This document shows, in pieces, positions 58,933-64,000 of a stretch of DNA of 64,000 bases. The position numbers were made by a program, and so were the translations under genes. The stretch spans positions 12,086 through 76,085 of the forward strand of contig JAUSJG010000013.1 in assembly GCA_030647555.1 (NCBI GenBank), written 5' to 3'. Source of the DNA: a bacterium. GTDB lineage: Bacteria > Patescibacteriota > Andersenbacteria > UBA10190 > CAIZMI01. Each line of letters begins with the position of its first letter. The first letter of the stretch is position 1. The notes under the pieces are model-generated. The model saw only the letters and a list, made by a program, of their open reading frames with translations, was not told the DNA's origin and searched no databases.

Positions 58933-59703
58933 ATGGCGAATCGTGACTTGTTCCGGGAAATCGTCGAGTCTTTGATTGTGCCGGCCAGCGAAGGTGTGGG
59001 TGACGCGGCTGAAAATCTGCTTCGGCTGTGCGCGAATGCGCGACCGGAAGCGGTTGAGGCGCTGGGCGACGTCGTTGAACTCGAAGTGCTGCTTTCGGCC
59101 ATCGAGGGCTACAAACAGCGCCAGGTTTTCGGAGGTTCAGGCGAAGCACAGGCTGAGATTCCGGAAGAGCTTGCCAGGGACGACGACGAGTTCATGAGCA
59201 CTCGGCAAGCGGCCCGGTTGTTGCGCGAAAAGGGACGGCCGAATTTCGCCACAACGGTTGGTCAACTGGAAGAACTGATCCACACCGACCAGGCGCGCGA
59301 GTTGGTTAATCTTCTGCACACGGTCGGTCAGATCCAAGAACTACAGATTCCCTGGGGACTGAAGTTCTCGAGCTACCTCAATGAGGCTGCGGAACGGATC
59401 GTTACCCGCTTGTTGCAACTTGTGGTCGAGTGGATGGAGGATGGCGCCAAACAGGACGCTTCCCGGCTGGCTCGCGATTTCGGTGAAGTCGGACTGGCGG
59501 CCGTCCAGCGGCTGATCAAGGCAGGTCGGCTCCCATTTCGGGTCGAAACCTATATGGGGCCGGATGCCCTGGATAGGGTTCGCTCGGCGGCCAATCAACC
59601 GATCGCGTTGCGCTGCGCTTTGCTCGGGGTGGAGTATCACGAGCGGAGTGTCAGTCGGTGCGAGAGCCCGCGTGCGGATCGTCGCGAGATGGCCCCCGCG
59701 TAG
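58933..59703 (+). CDS. Hypothetical protein, GC-rich (start MANRDLFREIV, RBS aaagga)
   Basis: ORF with RBS and terminator; atypical composition. Confidence 0.5.
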   Translation: MANRDLFREIVESLIVPASEGVGDAAENLLRLCANARPEAVEALGDVVELEVLLSAIEGYKQRQVFGGSGEAQAEIPEELARDDDEFMSTRQAARLLREKGRPNFATTVGQLEELIHTDQARELVNLLHTVGQIQELQIPWGLKFSSYLNEAAERIVTRLLQLVVEWMEDGAKQDASRLARDFGEVGLAAVQRLIKAGRLPFRVETYMGPDALDRVRSAANQPIALRCALLGVEYHERSVSRCESPRADRREMAPA

Positions 59704-59725
59704 GTTGGTCAAGTGGGGTAGAGTC

Positions 59726-59759
59726 ACGGGTGTTCACGCGAAGTGGCACCCGTTTTTTT
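59726..59759 (+). terminator. Intrinsic terminator cgggtgttcacgcgaagtggcacccg + T7
   Basis: Hairpin and T-run. Confidence 0.5.
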
Positions 59760-59780
59760 GTTCAAAAAATAGGGTACGCT

Positions 59781-60848
59781 ATGTGTGTGGAAACTAATAA
59801 TTTAAAAATCGAACAAGCGATTCTTGCCACGCTGGCCTACCACGATATTTTGAATATGCCGTTAACGGCGACCGAAATTTGGCGGTATTTGTTTAGAGAA
59901 CAACCAATCAGGGACCGACCCTGCATACAGGGACGGTCCCTGATTGGCGCATCGCTTACGGAAACAGAAAACATACTTAAGAATTTGTACAAATTTAATG
60001 AAATCGAATTTCATTCAGGCTACTACTATTTCCTCGAACGACAAGATTTAGTTGAAAAGCGTCTAAAAATGCACGCGTTGGCGCAAATTAAGTGGAAACG
60101 GTTGCGACGCATCGTTTGGTTTTTGCAGGCGATTCCTTTTTTGGAGATGGTGGCGGCGAGCGGCTCGCTTGCCCGCGAGTTTACGCATAAAGATAGTGAT
60201 CTGGATGTTTTGTTGGTTACAAAAGCGGGTAGGATTTGGACCGTGCGGTTTATTGTGACGGTAATTTTGGACTTGTTTCACTTGCGCCGGCGTCCGACAG
60301 GACCCACCCGTGACCTGGTTTGTTTGAATCATTATTTGGCACAGGACGGTTTAGCGCTTCCGTATCAAAGTTTATATACCGCTTTGGAGTATGCGCATAT
60401 CGTCCCACTCATTGGTGATAAAGTTTGTGCGGAATTTCGGGAAGCGAATAGAGAATGGATTGAGAAATATTTGGTACGTTTATTGCCCGATGAAATTGAT
60501 AATCTTAAACAAGTGCGAAAATCCTTTTTTCTTTCGGGGATTAAAAAAATAGTTGAGCTTTTGTTGTGCGGTATGGTTGGCGACGCACTAGAAGAGTGGT
60601 TAGGAAAAAGACAGAAAGAGAGAATTGTAAAAAACGAGGAAAATGCGACGGCGGGCGGTCGGATCGTGGCCAGTCCATTGCATTTGGAGTTTCATCCGCA
60701 CAGCAAAGAAGCGCCGTTGCTGAAAAAGTTTAATGAGAAAATGGCGGAAATGGGATTGGACGCGTTTGGTGGGCAAAAAGATTCCGGCTTGACAAAAAAT
60801 GCAAACGGATATATGATCCCGACATCCTCGGATGCCGACCCGCCGTAA
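59781..60848 (+). CDS. Nucleotidyltransferase-superfamily protein (Pol-beta-like GS...DSDLDVLLV) with N-terminal wHTH-like region; carries in-frame family-2 palindrome
   Basis: GSLAREFTHKDSDLDVLLV motif; start at MCVETNN. Confidence 0.5.
   Translation: MCVETNNLKIEQAILATLAYHDILNMPLTATEIWRYLFREQPIRDRPCIQGRSLIGASLTETENILKNLYKFNEIEFHSGYYYFLERQDLVEKRLKMHALAQIKWKRLRRIVWFLQAIPFLEMVAASGSLAREFTHKDSDLDVLLVTKAGRIWTVRFIVTVILDLFHLRRRPTGPTRDLVCLNHYLAQDGLALPYQSLYTALEYAHIVPLIGDKVCAEFREANREWIEKYLVRLLPDEIDNLKQVRKSFFLSGIKKIVELLLCGMVGDALEEWLGKRQKERIVKNEENATAGGRIVASPLHLEFHPHSKEAPLLKKFNEKMAEMGLDAFGGQKDSGLTKNANGYMIPTSSDADPP
59907..59944. repeat. Palindromic element family 2 inside ORF 59781-60848 (encodes QPIRDRPCIQGRSLIG)
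   Basis: atcagggaccgaccctgcatacagggacggtccctgat read directly in coding frame. Confidence 0.7.
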
Positions 60849-60881
60849 CCAATCGGCGCTTAAGCATCCAGGTTTTATTTT

Positions 60882-61061
60882 AGGGGACTGACGTAAATAA
60901 ACTGTCCATATTCTGTTCAATACGCTCTGAATACAAGTACTGCGACCGAACAAAATTTCGAAGCGTACTAGCAGTACGTTGAGAGATTTTGTGACCGAGC
61001 AGTGCTTGTAGTCAGAGATGTAGTGGACATAAGATGGATAGTTTATTTACGTCTGTCCCCT
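60882..61061. mobile_element. MITE-like element copy C (180 bp, reverse orientation) with 26-bp TIRs aggggactgacgtaaataaactgtcc / ggatagtttatttacgtctgtcccct
   Basis: Core aligns to reverse complement of copy A. Confidence 0.65.
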
Positions 61062-61132
61062 TAGGGCAAGTTTTTTGAGATCGTCGTAGGAAAGCGAACG
61101 GTCTGCTTTGCGTTTTCCTGTGACCTGCGTAC

Positions 61133-61207
61133 CGATCACGGAACGGAGCATCCCCCTTCGCACAAGGCTACGGCGGGACAAAGAGGTTGCTCCGTTCCGT
61201 GATCGGT
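61133..61207. repeat. Palindromic element family 1 with 36-bp insertion (tcccccttcgcacaaggctacggcgggacaaagagg) in its loop
   Basis: Arms identical to 46971-47012; insert also present (reverse) in 34794-34823. Confidence 0.65.
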
Positions 61208-61338
61208 TATTGGTTTCCCATATTGGTTTCCCATTGACACTAATTTGTCTCCTGCTACAATAAATCCATTGGCACTCTAATGACTTGAGTGCTAAAATGT
61301 TCAGAACTTATCTTATTCTTAATTTCAAGTTCAAAAAG

Positions 61339-61632
61339 ATGAATATCAAACCGTTGAACGATAAAGTGGTGGTGAAACCGTTGAAGCAAGATGAAAAGAC
61401 GAAGAGCGGGATTTTTCTTCCAGATTCCGCGCGCGAAGAAAAGCCGGAACAGGGTGAAGTGGTGGCTGTTGGGACAGGTAAAATGTTAGACAATGGCACT
61501 CGCGCTGTAATGTCCGTCAAAGTCGGTGACCGCGTTTTGTTTACAAAATATTCGCCGGACGAAGTGGAAATCGATGGTATTAAGTATCTCGTTATCGAGG
61601 AAGAAAAAATTCTCGGTGTAGTTGAAGCATAA
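61339..61632 (+). CDS. groES: Co-chaperonin GroES
   Basis: MNIKPLNDKVVVKP...GEVVAVG pattern. Confidence 0.95.
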   Translation: MNIKPLNDKVVVKPLKQDEKTKSGIFLPDSAREEKPEQGEVVAVGTGKMLDNGTRAVMSVKVGDRVLFTKYSPDEVEIDGIKYLVIEEEKILGVVEA

Positions 61633-61640
61633 AGCATCGT

Positions 61641-61769
61641 CATTGCGAGCCATCGACCATCCTTTGGGATGGGCGAGGCGCGGCAATCCCCTAAATGATA
61701 TGACGCGGGAGATTGCCCGCCCTGCAGGGCGAGGCTCGCCCAGATGGGCGGCTTCGGGCTCGCAAAGAC
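61641..61769. repeat. gcgagccatcgacc-family palindromic element in groES-groEL spacer
   Basis: Aligns with 41496-41599. Confidence 0.6.
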
Positions 61770-61789
61770 TACGAATTATTAAACAATAA

Positions 61790-63469
<1,680 letters not shown>

Positions 63470-63553
63470 GGTTTGCACCAAGTGCAAACCGCAACCCCGT
63501 ACTGAACATCAGTTCTAGTACGGGGTAAGCGCGAAACAAAGGGTTATACGTGT

Positions 63554-63579
63554 AGGGGCAATTCATGAATTGCCCCTAC
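63554..63579. repeat. Palindrome ggggcaattcatgaattgcccctac (within gtaggggcaattcatgaattgcccctac hairpin) after groEL; identical 26-mer inside femAB
   Basis: Exact match to 8361-8386. Confidence 0.7.
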
Positions 63580-63618
63580 GGTGTTTGTGAAGAAAAAACT
63601 GACCGGTGAAGGTCAGTG

Positions 63619-63822
63619 TTAGGTGAGGCAAGCGGTGAATTCTCGTGGCTCTCCAAGAACGGTTTCGGGATTTATTCCCATCTCGTGGACCTGCTGCAGT
63701 CTTTTGAGTTCCCACTTTTGTCCATCGGTCAAATCGAAATCCTTCATTGTGGGTAACTTCTCAAAATTCTGGGAACTGACGGGCTGGCCGGCGTTGACGT
63801 CTTGGGGTGTTTCGTTGGGCAT
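63619..63822 (-). CDS. Small hypothetical protein (67 aa), RBS agggag
   Basis: ORF with good SD; no homology recognised. Confidence 0.3.
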   Translation of the reverse strand: MPNETPQDVNAGQPVSSQNFEKLPTMKDFDLTDGQKWELKRLQQVHEMGINPETVLGEPREFTACLT

Positions 63823-64000
63823 TGAATTCTCCCTGCATATTTTGTTGGGTCTACTAAAGAACGCCGTTCCAGCATAATTAAATATAAAGAAATGTCAATA
63901 ATTAGGGAGTATCCTTTCGCAGGATACTCCCTAATAACGTGTTTTAAGTATTTTCTAAATCAAATTTTCTTCCGCTTGTCCGGCGTTGTCTTCTTGTAAC

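Overview
This 64-kb window comes from a small, gene-dense bacterial genome with an AT bias (about 45% GC, judged by eye). I infer it is a reduced CPR/Patescibacteria-type organism from three things: TsaB is truncated (129 aa), a FemAB–MurE pair is present, and there are many MNT/HEPN toxin-antitoxin pairs.

The conserved backbone genes are uvrB, ruvA, femAB-family, murE, tsaB, rpoB-rpoC, ftsK, a rodZ-like gene, recA, rpsR-ssb-rpsF, ychF, cfa, a long phosphohexomutase, trpS, rnj, tRNA-Leu(CAG), pgi/pmi, a peptide substrate-binding protein, secG, uvrC, uvrA and groES-groEL. There are no rRNA genes, no CRISPR array, and no transposase or integrase gene.

Three things stand out.

1. The window is saturated with non-autonomous palindromic repeats. 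I count at least 12 families, each with 2 to 7 copies. They include:
- two MITE-like families with terminal inverted repeats: a 180-bp family with 3 copies, and a 185–263-bp structured family with 3 copies that shows compensatory stem changes;
- several short palindromes of 34–42 bp;
- long AT-rich hairpins downstream of native genes.
Copies nest inside one another and pile up at hotspots. Several copies lie in-frame inside coding sequences: three in uvrC, and one each in a femAB-family gene, a nucleotidyltransferase gene and a HepT toxin gene. This resembles Rickettsia palindromic elements.

2. There is a dispersed set of compositionally atypical hypothetical genes with higher GC and different codon choice. 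Five or six share a conserved promoter-leader module: TTGACA, a 17-nt spacer, a -10 hexamer, then a 'CGYYTGTTCTTTGTC'-like motif. Each is followed by a canonical intrinsic terminator, a variable 22-bp palindrome and an invariant 34-bp element. At least two of the proteins share an 'FWGT' motif.

3. A TrpR/YerC-like regulator is flanked by six copies of the 20-bp palindrome TGTATCGAYATRTCGATACA.

Also present are four MNT/HEPN(HepT) toxin-antitoxin pairs plus an AbiEii module, and a G10 homopolymer upstream of rpoB. All coordinates are hand-counted and may be off by 1–2 bp.
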